From the IMG/VR virus record IMGVR_UViG_3300043464_000574, positions 1 to 56,467 of that record: a stretch of DNA of 56,467 bases, one strand, 5' to 3'. This document shows, in pieces, positions 1 to 9,192 of the stretch. Source of the DNA: a virus (lineage: Duplodnaviria; Caudoviricetes). The notes beneath the pieces were generated by a model. It was not told the DNA's origin and did no database searches. It saw nothing but the letters and a program-made list of their open reading frames with translations. Both the position numbers and the translations under genes were made by a program. How positions within the stretch are numbered: position 1 is the stretch's first letter; the number at the start of each line of letters is the position of its first letter.

Positions 1-100
1 GAATCGGGTACATACGGGTGGAACCCGCAAATACCTGACCGCCGATGAGGTTGATCGGCAGGAACCCATAAGGGCTAGTAACATCAGTTCCTGAAGCCAT
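1..100 (-). CDS. N-terminus of a putative head decoration/cement protein (truncated at the window edge)
   Basis: GAGG RBS then ATG at 100; reads MASGTDVTSPYGFLPINLIGGQVFAGSTRMYPI off the edge. Lies downstream of the scaffold genes, where such phages place a gene before the major capsid gene. Confidence 0.55.
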   Translation of the reverse strand, partial: MASGTDVTSPYGFLPINLIGGQVFAGSTRMYPI

Positions 101-134
101 TTGAAATTACCTCGAAAAGTGGAAAGAAAAGGAT

Positions 135-581
135 TTAACCTCGTCCGAAAGTGGTGCGCGTCGAACGCTCCGGATTAAGGAGCGGCATACGCGGATCATT
201 TTCCCGCAGATAACTGCGGTCCACACCGTCGATCTGTCGATCTGAAAGATCTTGGAAGTACTTCTGGCGTTGCAACATCTTCTCTTGGGGAGCCTTGCAA
301 AGCAGCAAACCACCCACTTCGACGTTCCCTTTGAACTGAGAATTGATGTCAGAGAGGATCTTCAACTCAGGATGATCTTCTGACTTAACAGGTTCCCAGC
401 CCTCGCGGAACTGACGTGAGACGTTGGTATTATCCGAACGTCCCAAAGAGGAAGTGCGAATCCAGCGGAACACCCAGCCATCTTTCGGCTCGGGGACCGG
501 CAATGCGGATTGCGGCAACCACGAGTCACTAGGACGCGATTCGGCTGCACGGTCGATACGAATTTTGCGCTCTTCAGCCAT
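135..581 (-). CDS. Head-module hypothetical protein
   Basis: ORF 135..632; the likely start is MAEERK at 581 (GGAG RBS, overlaps the scaffold stop). Contains YRWIR-like FRWIR and GWEPV motifs, VGGLLLCK. Confidence 0.7.
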   Translation of the reverse strand: MAEERKIRIDRAAESRPSDSWLPQSALPVPEPKDGWVFRWIRTSSLGRSDNTNVSRQFREGWEPVKSEDHPELKILSDINSQFKGNVEVGGLLLCKAPQEKMLQRQKYFQDLSDRQIDGVDRSYLRENDPRMPLLNPERSTRTTFGRG

Positions 582-1593
582 TGTAACTCTCCTTAATGAG
601 TTGTTTGGCGTACTGCTCGGGAGTGAGGCCAAGTCTCTTAGCGACGGAAACTTGTGTGGCAGTCAACTGGATTTTGCGTGGCTTCGCACCGTTGTTACGG
701 CTCGCTGAAGCAACCACGGTATTAGGGGTGCGTTGAGGGGAAACAGAGACTTGTACGTCATCTGAGTCTTTCTCAAAGTAATCTGGAAATCGTTGCCGCA
801 TCGCAGCATCGATCTTTTCGTAGTATTCGTCCGAATCGGCTTTGATGCCGTGTTCACGGATCAAGGTCTCATGGACTCCGTAGGCCAATGCAGTCATCTC
901 GCGGTTCCCCTGAGGGCCGAACCAAGGGTTTTTCTTGGTCCAATCCATAGCCTTATTGCTTGGCTGAGGAGCCTGATACTGCTGCACAGGAGGCTGGTAA
1001 GCCTGCTGTACCGGCTGGGGCTTGGGTCGAGACTGAAGAACACGCTCGTGCTTTTCAGCCTCCCGAAACTCCGTCTGGGCGTTAAGGAGTTTTTCCTGAG
1101 CCTCAATGATCTTCTGGGCATCACCGGCTTCGTAAGCGTCCTTGTACAGGTTCTTGGCCTGATCAAGGGCGAGATTGGCACGGGCTTTGATCTGGGCGAC
1201 GAGTGCGCCTTCTCCGCGCTGAAGTAATGACTCGTATTGCTGGTTTTTTGAGACCAGTTGTTGTGCGTAACGAAGCGCCTCTTCACGCATACGCTCGGCG
1301 GCTTCCCGCTGACGCTGCGCTTCATGCTGCTCGTACTTGAGTTTGTTGATTCTCTTGCGGACTTTTTCACTGTAGTCCGACAGTTCCTCGTCGTTGTCTT
1401 CCTTCTCAGCCTGCCTTGATTCAGGTTGTTTAAACTCAGACTGCTTGGCTGGCTGCTTTGGAAGATCATCAACGATCTCAAGTTCAACCTCGGGTTCCGG
1501 GGAAGACTTGAGGGTTTCTTTTTCAGGGATCTGCAAGGGAGCGGAGACTCCGAAGAACTTCTCCTCCTTGCTCATGCCTGCTTCGGTACTCAT
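574..1593 (-). CDS. Putative capsid scaffolding protein
   Basis: 339 aa; acidic N-terminus, long coiled coil (YSEKVRKRINKL...), W..KNPWF, C-terminal AKRLGLTPEQYAK; lies between the portal/GroES genes and the capsid genes. Confidence 0.65.
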   Translation of the reverse strand: MSTEAGMSKEEKFFGVSAPLQIPEKETLKSSPEPEVELEIVDDLPKQPAKQSEFKQPESRQAEKEDNDEELSDYSEKVRKRINKLKYEQHEAQRQREAAERMREEALRYAQQLVSKNQQYESLLQRGEGALVAQIKARANLALDQAKNLYKDAYEAGDAQKIIEAQEKLLNAQTEFREAEKHERVLQSRPKPQPVQQAYQPPVQQYQAPQPSNKAMDWTKKNPWFGPQGNREMTALAYGVHETLIREHGIKADSDEYYEKIDAAMRQRFPDYFEKDSDDVQVSVSPQRTPNTVVASASRNNGAKPRKIQLTATQVSVAKRLGLTPEQYAKQLIKESYNG

Positions 1594-1943
1594 GCCTTCA
1601 CCACTCCTCGCGGATCTTCGACCACCGCCTCGACCGAATCATCATTGATCAGGCGGAACTCTTTTCCGTGAACCTTAAAGCGAGTGCCGGAGTAGGATCG
1701 CATCATGATCCAATCCCCTTCCTTGCAGTAAGGGCCAGAAGGGAAACGATCAGGGGACTTGTAAGCATCCGGTCCCATCGCGAGGACGAAACCAACGATA
1801 CTCCCAATCTCCTCAGCCTCAAGTGTTTGAGTAGCCTTGAGGATTCCACCTTCGGTCTTCTCTTCGGGGTTAGGTAGCGCAATGAGTACTTTGTACCCGG
1901 TAGGTTTGGGTAACTGACTTGCGACTTTGTTGTCGTTTTCCAT
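1590..1943 (-). CDS. groES: GroES/Cpn10-like co-chaperonin
   Basis: PTGYKVLI, EEKTEGGI mobile-loop motif, VLAMGPDAY, GDW..MRSYSGT, FRLINDDSVEAVV; GAGG RBS before MENDNK at 1943. Confidence 0.85.
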   Translation of the reverse strand: MENDNKVASQLPKPTGYKVLIALPNPEEKTEGGILKATQTLEAEEIGSIVGFVLAMGPDAYKSPDRFPSGPYCKEGDWIMMRSYSGTRFKVHGKEFRLINDDSVEAVVEDPRGVVKA

Positions 1944-1948
1944 CGATT

Positions 1949-1992
1949 CCTCGCGCCTTTTCGGCGTTTGCACCCCTATCGGGGCGGTTGCA
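1949..1992 (-). promoter_or_regulatory. Two small hairpins in the groES leader
   Basis: Minus strand GCCCC-GATA-GGGGT and CGCC-GAAAA-GGCG, directly before the GAGG RBS. Confidence 0.35.
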
Positions 1993-2021
1993 CTGTTTAC
2001 ACAGCGAAGTTGTTAAGCCGT

Positions 2022-2219
2022 TTAATCATCGTCAATTTGTTTAGTGAGGTCAAGCAATTCTCGTTCAGCCCGTGCCAGACCCTCAATAACGCCACAGCAC
2101 CGCTTGTACTCATTGAAGTCGGCGCAGCCGCCACCGGCTATGTGGTCGGCCATGTCGTTCATCTGCTGGCGTAGGGATTTCCGCAGATATTCTGCGACGT
2201 TATCGCTTGCGGCTGGCAT
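2022..2219 (-). CDS. Small conserved phage protein downstream of the portal
   Basis: 65 aa, D..EYK...G.I.GL pattern typical of post-portal small genes; overlaps the portal end. Confidence 0.7.
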   Translation of the reverse strand: MPAASDNVAEYLRKSLRQQMNDMADHIAGGGCADFNEYKRCCGVIEGLARAERELLDLTKQIDDD

Positions 2220-4704
2220 TGCGATCTCTCATTTCTTGCTCTTTGGCTTGGGTCGAAAGCAAGTTTCGGGCGATCTCTACGCCTAACTTGGCTCCCTCGA
2301 CCTTGTCTCTGGAGGCAATTTCCTTGCTCTGGAGTTCGTTTGCGGCGTTGGTAGAAGCGATCTGTACACCCAGACGCGCCCCTTCGATACGCTCTTGAAC
2401 CTTGAGCCGGTCCTTTTCGGACTGCATCCGCATCTGCGCCTTCTGCATATCCGCTTGGACACGGGCCATTTCGGCCTGTGCTTTCTGCTGGATTTCCTGT
2501 GCGCGAAGTTGCAGTTTCTGCATCTCCATCTGAAGGACAGGGTCTTGCTGCTGCTGTTGCTGCTCTTGCATCTGGGCCTCTCGCTGGGCTTTTCCAGTGA
2601 CCTGAGCCGCAGCCGGGGCGACCAGAGCCGAGATCCGGTATTCGATATCCTCTGGGAGGGGTTCCCCCGGAGGAGGCAGTTTAAACCCGAGTTCCTTCTC
2701 AATCTGCTGCCGGTAGGCGAAGGCCAGATGTTCCGACACATGGGCGGTAAGGGCGGCTTGCATGGCCTGCGCGGCTTGAGGGGCCTGCTGGAGCATCTGC
2801 TGCAAACGCGGATCTTGCCCAAAAGACATGTGCGTTTGGATATGCGCCTCATGATCCTGATAGATAAACGCCTTGATGGGCTTCATCGTGAGGGCGTTCA
2901 TGTTCTCAGTGACAGGGTCAGTCGGTGGGATTTCCGTCTGATTCGGCAGAACCTCACTAGAGTCGGCAATCCCAAGCGCCTCAATCATCTGACGATGAAG
3001 CATGGGCAGGTCATACAACTGAGGGGCTTGAGAGGCCAACTGCAATGCGGCCTGATACTTCATGATCCGCTGGGCCATGGTTCCCGCGTTGGGATCTGAC
3101 ACCGGGATCACATCCACCCTGTCGTCGAAGTCTTCCTTGGTCAGTTCCTTGCCCGGAATGTCATAGGGATATTCCGTAGGACCGTAGTCAAAAATCACCT
3201 GAGCCAGCAGTTTCAGTTCCTTCTTCATGGAGGCGTGTAAACGCGCCTGCACGGCTGACATCACCTTCATCGACCTTTCGATGATTGCCAAGGTAGTTCC
3301 GACAGGAGCCTCGCCGTTCATGTCCGCGACCTTCATGTCTGCCTGAGAGGCAAACCGGCGTCCTTCGTCCACGATGTTTCCGAGCAACTGATACAAGGTA
3401 CCCGAGGGTTCCTTGTAGGGGAGGAAGGTGATGTTGTCCCTCAATGCACCGGAGGGGATATCCACATCACGGAACTCTCCCGGCATGATCGGGGTATCGT
3501 CGCCTTTGATCCGCAGGCCACGGGTCTTGAGACCGCCCGGAAGATTGGAGAGGGTTCCAGCGTCAACTAATTGACGCAGGATAGAGGTGGAGGATTTAGC
3601 GAGTCCACCAACGAGATGCACCAATCCAAACCCGTAGAAACCCAGTCCGGGGATGTAGGTGTACTGAACGAAATGCTGACGGCGCTTCTTGAGCGGGTCA
3701 TCTTCGTACCAGTTCCGTCGAATCGAAAGGATGATCCTTGAAGACTTGTCGATAGTGACGACGTAAGGCAGCGCAATGCCTGTTGGATTGCCTTCTGCGT
3801 CGGTGTCTTCGAATCCCGGAAGATCGTAATCGACGACCATTTCAAGGAGCGTATAGCGCGAATCCAGATCCATGCCCTTGGATTCACCGTTCAGTTTGTC
3901 GTAAGACTTCTGGATTTCGGTGATATCTGGAGAAGGGGGAGGAAGATCGACATCGCGATAGAAACCTGAGACCTGCAACTTTCGAATCTCGTTGTAGGTC
4001 TTCTTCATGACATGCGTGGCGCGTTCGCAGGTGACTAAATCACTTGCGCCATAAGAGACTACAAAATCCTCTGCTGGAACGAAGATCGATGCAGGCCTAC
4101 CGAGAGAAGGGTCGTAATAGACCTTTCGAAATGCCGCGCCGGAGAGTGCGAGAGAGAACAGCAACTTCTCTGTCTCTGAGCGATATTCGCTCATCTTTTC
4201 AGTCAAGAGATAGTTTAAATACTCTTGAACGCGCTCTGCTTGTTGAACACGGTCCAGATTCACTTGACCTAGAATCTTGGTCTGAACTGGTCCCTTTGCA
4301 GGGAAGATCTCTTGAATTGACTGTGCTTGGAAGCGAACAATTGCCTCAGAGAGCATCGGGTGAAATACACCGCAGGCTCCTTCCCATGGCTGGGTACGAT
4401 CTTCGATCTTGAGTCCGAGAAGATCTAATCCCTTGATGTAAGTTGTTTCCCATTCTTTGCGAGAATCTTTATCCGCATCGAAGAGGGTAACGAGTTCAGA
4501 GGCCATGCTCCCGAGGGTGGAGTTATCGATGAACTCCGCGAGATTGTCGCCATGACTCGCCTCAGGATTGGGTTCCGGGGAAAGACTGATCTCTACACCA
4601 CCATCGGGCAGTTCAACCACGACGGATTCATTCGCATCTTGGATGGGTACTTCTAAAGACTGCCCTCCCATCAAAGAGGGCATCAAAGCGCGATCAACCG
4701 CCAT
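2200..4704 (-). CDS. Portal protein
   Basis: 834 aa; R.EWE..Y.KGLDLLG, PWEGACGVFHP, GFYGFGL, LRQLVDAGTLSNLPGG, Q-rich coiled-coil (barrel-like) C-terminus; follows TerL. Confidence 0.9.
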   Translation of the reverse strand: MAVDRALMPSLMGGQSLEVPIQDANESVVVELPDGGVEISLSPEPNPEASHGDNLAEFIDNSTLGSMASELVTLFDADKDSRKEWETTYIKGLDLLGLKIEDRTQPWEGACGVFHPMLSEAIVRFQAQSIQEIFPAKGPVQTKILGQVNLDRVQQAERVQEYLNYLLTEKMSEYRSETEKLLFSLALSGAAFRKVYYDPSLGRPASIFVPAEDFVVSYGASDLVTCERATHVMKKTYNEIRKLQVSGFYRDVDLPPPSPDITEIQKSYDKLNGESKGMDLDSRYTLLEMVVDYDLPGFEDTDAEGNPTGIALPYVVTIDKSSRIILSIRRNWYEDDPLKKRRQHFVQYTYIPGLGFYGFGLVHLVGGLAKSSTSILRQLVDAGTLSNLPGGLKTRGLRIKGDDTPIMPGEFRDVDIPSGALRDNITFLPYKEPSGTLYQLLGNIVDEGRRFASQADMKVADMNGEAPVGTTLAIIERSMKVMSAVQARLHASMKKELKLLAQVIFDYGPTEYPYDIPGKELTKEDFDDRVDVIPVSDPNAGTMAQRIMKYQAALQLASQAPQLYDLPMLHRQMIEALGIADSSEVLPNQTEIPPTDPVTENMNALTMKPIKAFIYQDHEAHIQTHMSFGQDPRLQQMLQQAPQAAQAMQAALTAHVSEHLAFAYRQQIEKELGFKLPPPGEPLPEDIEYRISALVAPAAAQVTGKAQREAQMQEQQQQQQDPVLQMEMQKLQLRAQEIQQKAQAEMARVQADMQKAQMRMQSEKDRLKVQERIEGARLGVQIASTNAANELQSKEIASRDKVEGAKLGVEIARNLLSTQAKEQEMRDRNASRKR

Positions 4705-4715
4705 GGTGGTCTCCC

Positions 4716-4940
4716 TTACAGGTCGCGGAACTTACCGCCTTTAACGGCAGCGCCCATACCACGAGCAACGCCAGTCGTTCCCATGGTCTCGCCGCCGCCA
4801 TACATTTTCTTGGATCGCTTGGCACCGCCTACCATCACGGGCTTCCCAAGACCCTTCATCTTCCCAACAAGCATGTCCTTGGGCTGCTTGCGAGACTTCG
4901 GGGCTTCCATCTTCTCAGTCTTTGCAGTTCGGCTCTTCAT
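4716..4940 (-). CDS. Small basic protein with a MYGGG motif
   Basis: 74 aa, K/M/G-rich; GAGG RBS followed by ATTTAAAC and ATG. Confidence 0.7.
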   Translation of the reverse strand: MKSRTAKTEKMEAPKSRKQPKDMLVGKMKGLGKPVMVGGAKRSKKMYGGGETMGTTGVARGMGAAVKGGKFRDL

Positions 4941-4951
4941 CGTTTAAATCC

Positions 4952-6460
4952 TCAGTAGTAGGCTACTTTGCGTTTGTAGACAGGCTCATCCTTGTAATCG
5001 GACTGGAGGGAGACGAATCCGCCCCTTCGATAACGGAGCAATGCCTGTGTACACGAGTCCACATAGTCATCATGCTCTCCGGCGGGAAAAGACGCAAATT
5101 CTTCAACGACTTCCTCCGCGAATCGGGTGTTCGGTCGCCAGATCTTTCCGCTCGAAAAAAGATCCGCAATGGCGTTTACACGGGCGATCTTGTCGTTCCC
5201 CCGAGAGGGGGTGAATTCCGAGACCGGAATCCCCATGGCCCGAAGTTCGAAGATGAGGGGGGTTCCCGCCGCCTTGGCTTCCACGATCAGGGTGTCTGGC
5301 TTCCAGTAGTTGTAGAGTTCATACGCCCGTTTCTTCAGGGTCGGGAACTCCATCTTCTCCCGGTGGGCATCCATCAGGATGATGTTCGGTTGCATGGCTC
5401 CAGAGCCATCCGGGTGGTAGAACACACCCCAAGTGGTGCAGGCGGAGTAGTCCGAGCGTTCGGATTTTAGGAAGGCGGTATCCCATGACTGGATCAAAAA
5501 CTGACACTGGGGCGGGGAATCCTGTTCCCAGACTTTCCACCACTCGCGTTTAATCAACGCGCCTTCTTCGGAGGTGGGGTTCTGCTGGTACTGGGCTTGC
5601 CACTTATGAACCGGGATTTCTTCCCGAATAGCCTCTAGTTCTTCGATGGGCCAGAACTCCGGCCAGAGGGGTTTGCCCGAAGGCATGATCGCCGGGAACT
5701 CAATGACCTCCCATTCATCACCGCCTCTCTGTGCAGAGGCCTTGAGTACCTGTCCGACGAGGTCTCTTTTCGACCAACGGGTACAAATGACGACGATGGC
5801 CCCACCGGGCTGGAGACGCTGACGAGGACCGGAGGTGTACCATTCATAGGCATGGTCAAAGACGGCAGGATCTGCCGATTGGCCCTCTTGTTCATCATGG
5901 GGGTCGTCAATGATGAGCAAATCGGCACCCTTTCCGGTCACCGCACCGCCGATACCGATAGCGAAATACTCCCCACCCTTGGAGGTACTCCACCGACCGG
6001 CGGCTTTGGAGTCCGCACGGAGATGGGTATCTGGGAAAACCCCACGGTAATCCTCTGAATCGACCAAGTTTCGGACCTTTCGACCGAATCCCACTGCAAG
6101 TTCCGCAGTGTGAGAGGACTGAATGACCTTCTTGTGGGGGTATTTGCCCAAAAACCACGCCGGGAAGAGGAATGACCCGAATTCTGACTTGGTATGGCGA
6201 GGAGGCATACAGATGATCAGCCGTTTGAGTTTGCCAGCGGCAATTTCCTCAAACTTCTCGCCCATGATCTTGTGATGACGACCAGAAATGAACCCCGGCC
6301 ACATCTTATTCACGAAAGGAATGAACTTCTCTTGAGCCAGTTCCTTGGATTTCGCCTTCTCCCATTCCTCTAACAGCACTAACCATTCTTTCTGCTGGTC
6401 ATTAGGCAAGTTCTGCACTAAAGCCATGATTTTAGGCAGGTTTTCAACTGTTAGTTGCAC
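4952..6460 (-). CDS. terL: Terminase large subunit
   Basis: Walker A-type MPPRHTKS, Walker B LLIIDDPH, AQYQQNP, RNase H-like SWDTA, IVEAKAAG, HDDYVDS; probable GTG start at 6460 after GAGG. Confidence 0.95.
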   Translation of the reverse strand: MQLTVENLPKIMALVQNLPNDQQKEWLVLLEEWEKAKSKELAQEKFIPFVNKMWPGFISGRHHKIMGEKFEEIAAGKLKRLIICMPPRHTKSEFGSFLFPAWFLGKYPHKKVIQSSHTAELAVGFGRKVRNLVDSEDYRGVFPDTHLRADSKAAGRWSTSKGGEYFAIGIGGAVTGKGADLLIIDDPHDEQEGQSADPAVFDHAYEWYTSGPRQRLQPGGAIVVICTRWSKRDLVGQVLKASAQRGGDEWEVIEFPAIMPSGKPLWPEFWPIEELEAIREEIPVHKWQAQYQQNPTSEEGALIKREWWKVWEQDSPPQCQFLIQSWDTAFLKSERSDYSACTTWGVFYHPDGSGAMQPNIILMDAHREKMEFPTLKKRAYELYNYWKPDTLIVEAKAAGTPLIFELRAMGIPVSEFTPSRGNDKIARVNAIADLFSSGKIWRPNTRFAEEVVEEFASFPAGEHDDYVDSCTQALLRYRRGGFVSLQSDYKDEPVYKRKVAYY

Positions 6461-6915
6461 TGATGGGAACCTCAAAATGCAGGGACAATAGCCCCCGTTT
6501 CATCACAATCCCAACCTCTCCCTCTTTTTTTAGCCCTCCACGGCGATTGAGTGGCGTAAGTCTTCAAACACATCGCCTGTCTCATCATTATTTCGCTATC
6601 GTTTCGCTCGAAACTAGGTGTTTGTTGCCTTCTTACCTCTTATTCTTAAAAGCCGAAGGCAAAATTCTTGAGAAACTACACCCTTACAGCGAATTTAGTG
6701 TTACATTTAAACCTAGTTTCTCGCTAAACTTTCAATACAATACCGATTGTATCACAATCCGGAAGGAAAGTCAATAGAGATTGTCAAAATTTTTGCAAAA
6801 AAAATTTCTACAACCTCACTGACACTCTACAACAAAATCCTACCGGAACCTGAAACACTACAACCGCTCACAACGGAACTTAACCACTATACCCCGTCTG
6901 TTGTTTATACGCAAC

Positions 6916-6945
6916 AGTAGGGGAAAGTAGGGGAAAGTAGGGGAA
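6916..6945. repeat. Tandem repeat (AGTAGGGGAA)x3
   Basis: Three exact 10-bp copies in the non-coding terL-terS gap. Confidence 0.9.
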
Positions 6946-7087
6946 TCGTTTGAGGAAAATCGTATGTATGGGTACGCGCAGGTACCCGAACGCGCACGGG
7001 GGGGTGCGGGTGCGCGATTAGACCGCGCGTGCGCCCGCGTTTAACCCCCACGGGCGTGCGTTATCTACCGCGCAGGTGCGTGCGCTT

Positions 7088-7642
7088 CTACTGCAACGAT
7101 TCAACCCCGGAACTAGCCGGGCCGCACCCGGCGTCCGACGATGGCGACGGGCCGCACCCGGCGACATTGTCGGTATCGTTGCCCGTCTCATCTGCGTTTA
7201 CACGCTGCACCGCAAGCAGTGATGACAGGCGGCGCTCCAAGTCAGCCGCAACCAATGCGGCAGGACGTTCGCGGTGATCCTCGACCACGTCGCGATACAA
7301 GCCGCAAGCCTTGCCCAACAATTCAGCCGCCCGTAGTTGAGTCTGCGTTGCGGGAGCCTCGCCGTTAGACCATTGGCGTAGTAGGCGTATGAGGTTGTCG
7401 CGGTCAGAGACCGTGCTGACCTCACTCAGCCGCCTCTTCTCCACTGCTAGCGCCTCCATGCATGCCCTAACCTTGCCGTCCACCATCAACTCCGCAGCCC
7501 TGCGCTGCACTGACGCCGGTTTCATAGCCTCTGCGTCATACGAGTTGCGATACGCCTCAGCGATACCCATGCCATTCACTACGTTTTCCGCGAATTTCCG
7601 CTGTTTTGCGGTGAGTCCGTATTCGTCGGTGATACCTGCCAT
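7088..7642 (-). CDS. terS: Terminase small subunit
   Basis: LTAKQRKFAE...AEAYR.SY HTH-like start and LRAAELLGKACGLY motif typical of TerS; upstream of terL. Confidence 0.85.
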   Translation of the reverse strand: MAGITDEYGLTAKQRKFAENVVNGMGIAEAYRNSYDAEAMKPASVQRRAAELMVDGKVRACMEALAVEKRRLSEVSTVSDRDNLIRLLRQWSNGEAPATQTQLRAAELLGKACGLYRDVVEDHRERPAALVAADLERRLSSLLAVQRVNADETGNDTDNVAGCGPSPSSDAGCGPASSGVESLQ

Positions 7643-7841
7643 TGTGCGTTTAACCCTTGTTTACTAGTGCATTTGCTAATCTTTGACCATGCTGATTGCA
7701 TGACCGACTCACCGAATCCTACTTTCGGCCATGTTTAGACGCAACTAAATTCGACCGATAATCAATGACTTAGCATACAGGCTGATAAATTTATCGTTTA
7801 ACCTGTAGACATGTGACCATGATATCGACGAGTATTGACAC

Positions 7842-8076
7842 CGCCGCAAGGCACCGGCCCTCCAGACAGGCCGCGAAAAACAAAGGTTCTGGTGCCGGAT
7901 GAGCGCAAGCAGCCCGGCGGCTCCCACAAGGGGAGTCCGGCCTAAAGCAGCGGTGTAGTCGTAGGGTTGAAGACGATGACCGACATCTCGCGAGTCGCCC
8001 GACAACGTGACGCTGCCCAACGAACCGGGAAGCCTTGGCTCAGTAGAGTGCCTTCGATGAGGGCACTGCACTGAGT
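7842..8076 (+). ncRNA. Candidate structured leader RNA of the early operon
   Basis: Dense stems: GCC-GCAA-GGC; CGGCC/GGCCG whose loop CCAGA can pair with TCTGG; CTCCC-ACAAG-GGGAG; GCAGCG/CGCTGC; long hairpin CTCAGT.AGTGCC...GGCACT..ACTGAG just before the first RBS. Confidence 0.45.
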
Positions 8077-8094
8077 CAACCAACGGAGAAGCAA

Positions 8095-8304
8095 ATGAAA
8101 TTTCGCGACTACTCGTTGACCCTGCGGGACAGCACCATGAAGACCTGCGAGGTGTTCATCAACGGCGACTGCATCAACGAGCAAATTCTGAAAGGCGTGA
8201 GCGAAGAGCAAGCAGTCGAAATGGTGGAAAGCAACGCCTTTTTCAATGCCATCGGCAGCGGCGACATTGGCGCTGACGCTTGGATCGATTCGATCAACCA
8301 ATAA
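8095..8304 (+). CDS. Early hypothetical protein
   Basis: 69 aa, GGAG RBS, first gene of the plus-strand early cluster. Confidence 0.75.
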   Translation: MKFRDYSLTLRDSTMKTCEVFINGDCINEQILKGVSEEQAVEMVESNAFFNAIGSGDIGADAWIDSINQ

Positions 8305-8318
8305 CGTGGAGAGCAAAC

Positions 8319-8606
8319 ATGTTCGACAAGTACGCTGAACACCTGCGCGACAGCGCCCCCGACAACAGCCGCTTCGACGGGTTCGACCGGGGTGATCTGG
8401 GCAACGATGAGGGCGGCGAAATCTACGGCAACGTGATTGGCCGCATGCGCTGTTGGCACGGCAAGGTCGAGATCGTCGAGGTCGTTTATCCGGACGGCGA
8501 CAGCGACTATTTCGTGCAGGTCAACGGCAGACAGGTGACCGACTTCGTAGACCGCGCACGGGCCATCGTGGTGGGTCGATGGTGGGTCAACGGTTGCCCT
8601 GCCTAA
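8319..8606 (+). CDS. Early hypothetical protein
   Basis: GGAG RBS, MFDKYAEH... 95 aa; the stop lies 2 nt before hammerhead 1. Confidence 0.75.
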   Translation: MFDKYAEHLRDSAPDNSRFDGFDRGDLGNDEGGEIYGNVIGRMRCWHGKVEIVEVVYPDGDSDYFVQVNGRQVTDFVDRARAIVVGRWWVNGCPA

Positions 8607-8608
8607 CA

Positions 8609-8660
8609 GGTCGAAACCGGCGTGAGCCGGTCTGGCGGTTGTGCCGCCACTGACGAGACC
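8609..8660 (+). ncRNA. Hammerhead ribozyme, type II (HHR1)
   Basis: GGTC-GAAA-CCGGC(GTGA)GCCGG-TC^-TGGCGG(TTGTG)CCGCCA-CTGACGA-GACC: complete CUGANGA/GAAA/GUC core with three perfect stems; predicted cleavage after C8632. Confidence 0.93.
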
Positions 8661-8686
8661 GAATTCAACCAACCATGGAGAACACC

Positions 8687-8791
8687 ATGAGCAAGTCATT
8701 CAAGCAGTCGATCAAGTCATCCAAGCAAGGCCGGTGGATTCTTCATCCGGTCGATGCAGTGCCGGTATGGGTTCCTGCCAAGCGTAAGTAA
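8687..8791 (+). CDS. 34-aa basic microprotein
   Basis: GGAG RBS; MSKSFKQSIKSSKQGRWILHPVDAVPVWVPAKRK; below the ORF-track cutoff. Confidence 0.6.
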   Translation: MSKSFKQSIKSSKQGRWILHPVDAVPVWVPAKRK

Positions 8792-8818
8792 TCACCGTTT
8801 AAACTACAGGAGAACATC

Positions 8819-8983
8819 ATGAAAATTATTCTAGTCGCTTTTTTCCAGTTTCTCGCCATGGTCGAGATGGCATGTGGCGTTCTGCTTGTCGCTGAGTCGG
8901 GTGGCGTCGGCATCTACTCGCTGATCGCGGTCGGTGCTGCCCTGTTCTGCCTTTTCTTCGCCAGTGAGGTATCCAAGTCATGA
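8819..8983 (+). CDS. 54-aa membrane microprotein (two hydrophobic segments)
   Basis: AGGAG RBS; MKIILVAFFQFLAMVEMACGVLLVAESGGVGIYSLIAVGAALFCLFFASEVSKS; ATGA overlap with the next gene. Confidence 0.65.
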   Translation: MKIILVAFFQFLAMVEMACGVLLVAESGGVGIYSLIAVGAALFCLFFASEVSKS

Positions 8984-9177
8984 TCATTCAAGTCGAACAG
9001 CGCCATGTCTACGGGTCGATCAAGTACTACCCGCTCAACGAACTGGCCTCACGGTTCGCTGCGCTGATGAAGCAGAAGACCTTCGATGCCCAGAACCTTG
9101 CGGACATTCGCCGCATGGGTGTTCAAGTGGACGTACGAGTCCCCGGTTTTTCAAACGACTATCTGGTCAGCATTTAA
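8980..9177 (+). CDS. Early hypothetical protein
   Basis: 65 aa, VYG..YYP.N..A..FA.L...KTF motif seen in small phage proteins; ATGA coupling. Confidence 0.75.
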   Translation: MIIQVEQRHVYGSIKYYPLNELASRFAALMKQKTFDAQNLADIRRMGVQVDVRVPGFSNDYLVSI

Positions 9178-9192
9178 ACACAGGAGAAAATC

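Noticed and set aside
6463-6777. 104-aa plus-strand ORF in the terL-terS gap
   Set aside because: Low-complexity Ser/Phe/Leu sequence, no RBS, and opposite to the operon direction.
7890-7925. CCGGATGAG resembling a third hammerhead core
   Set aside because: It has CGGAUGA rather than CUGANGA, and no correctly placed GAAA/stem III/NUH.
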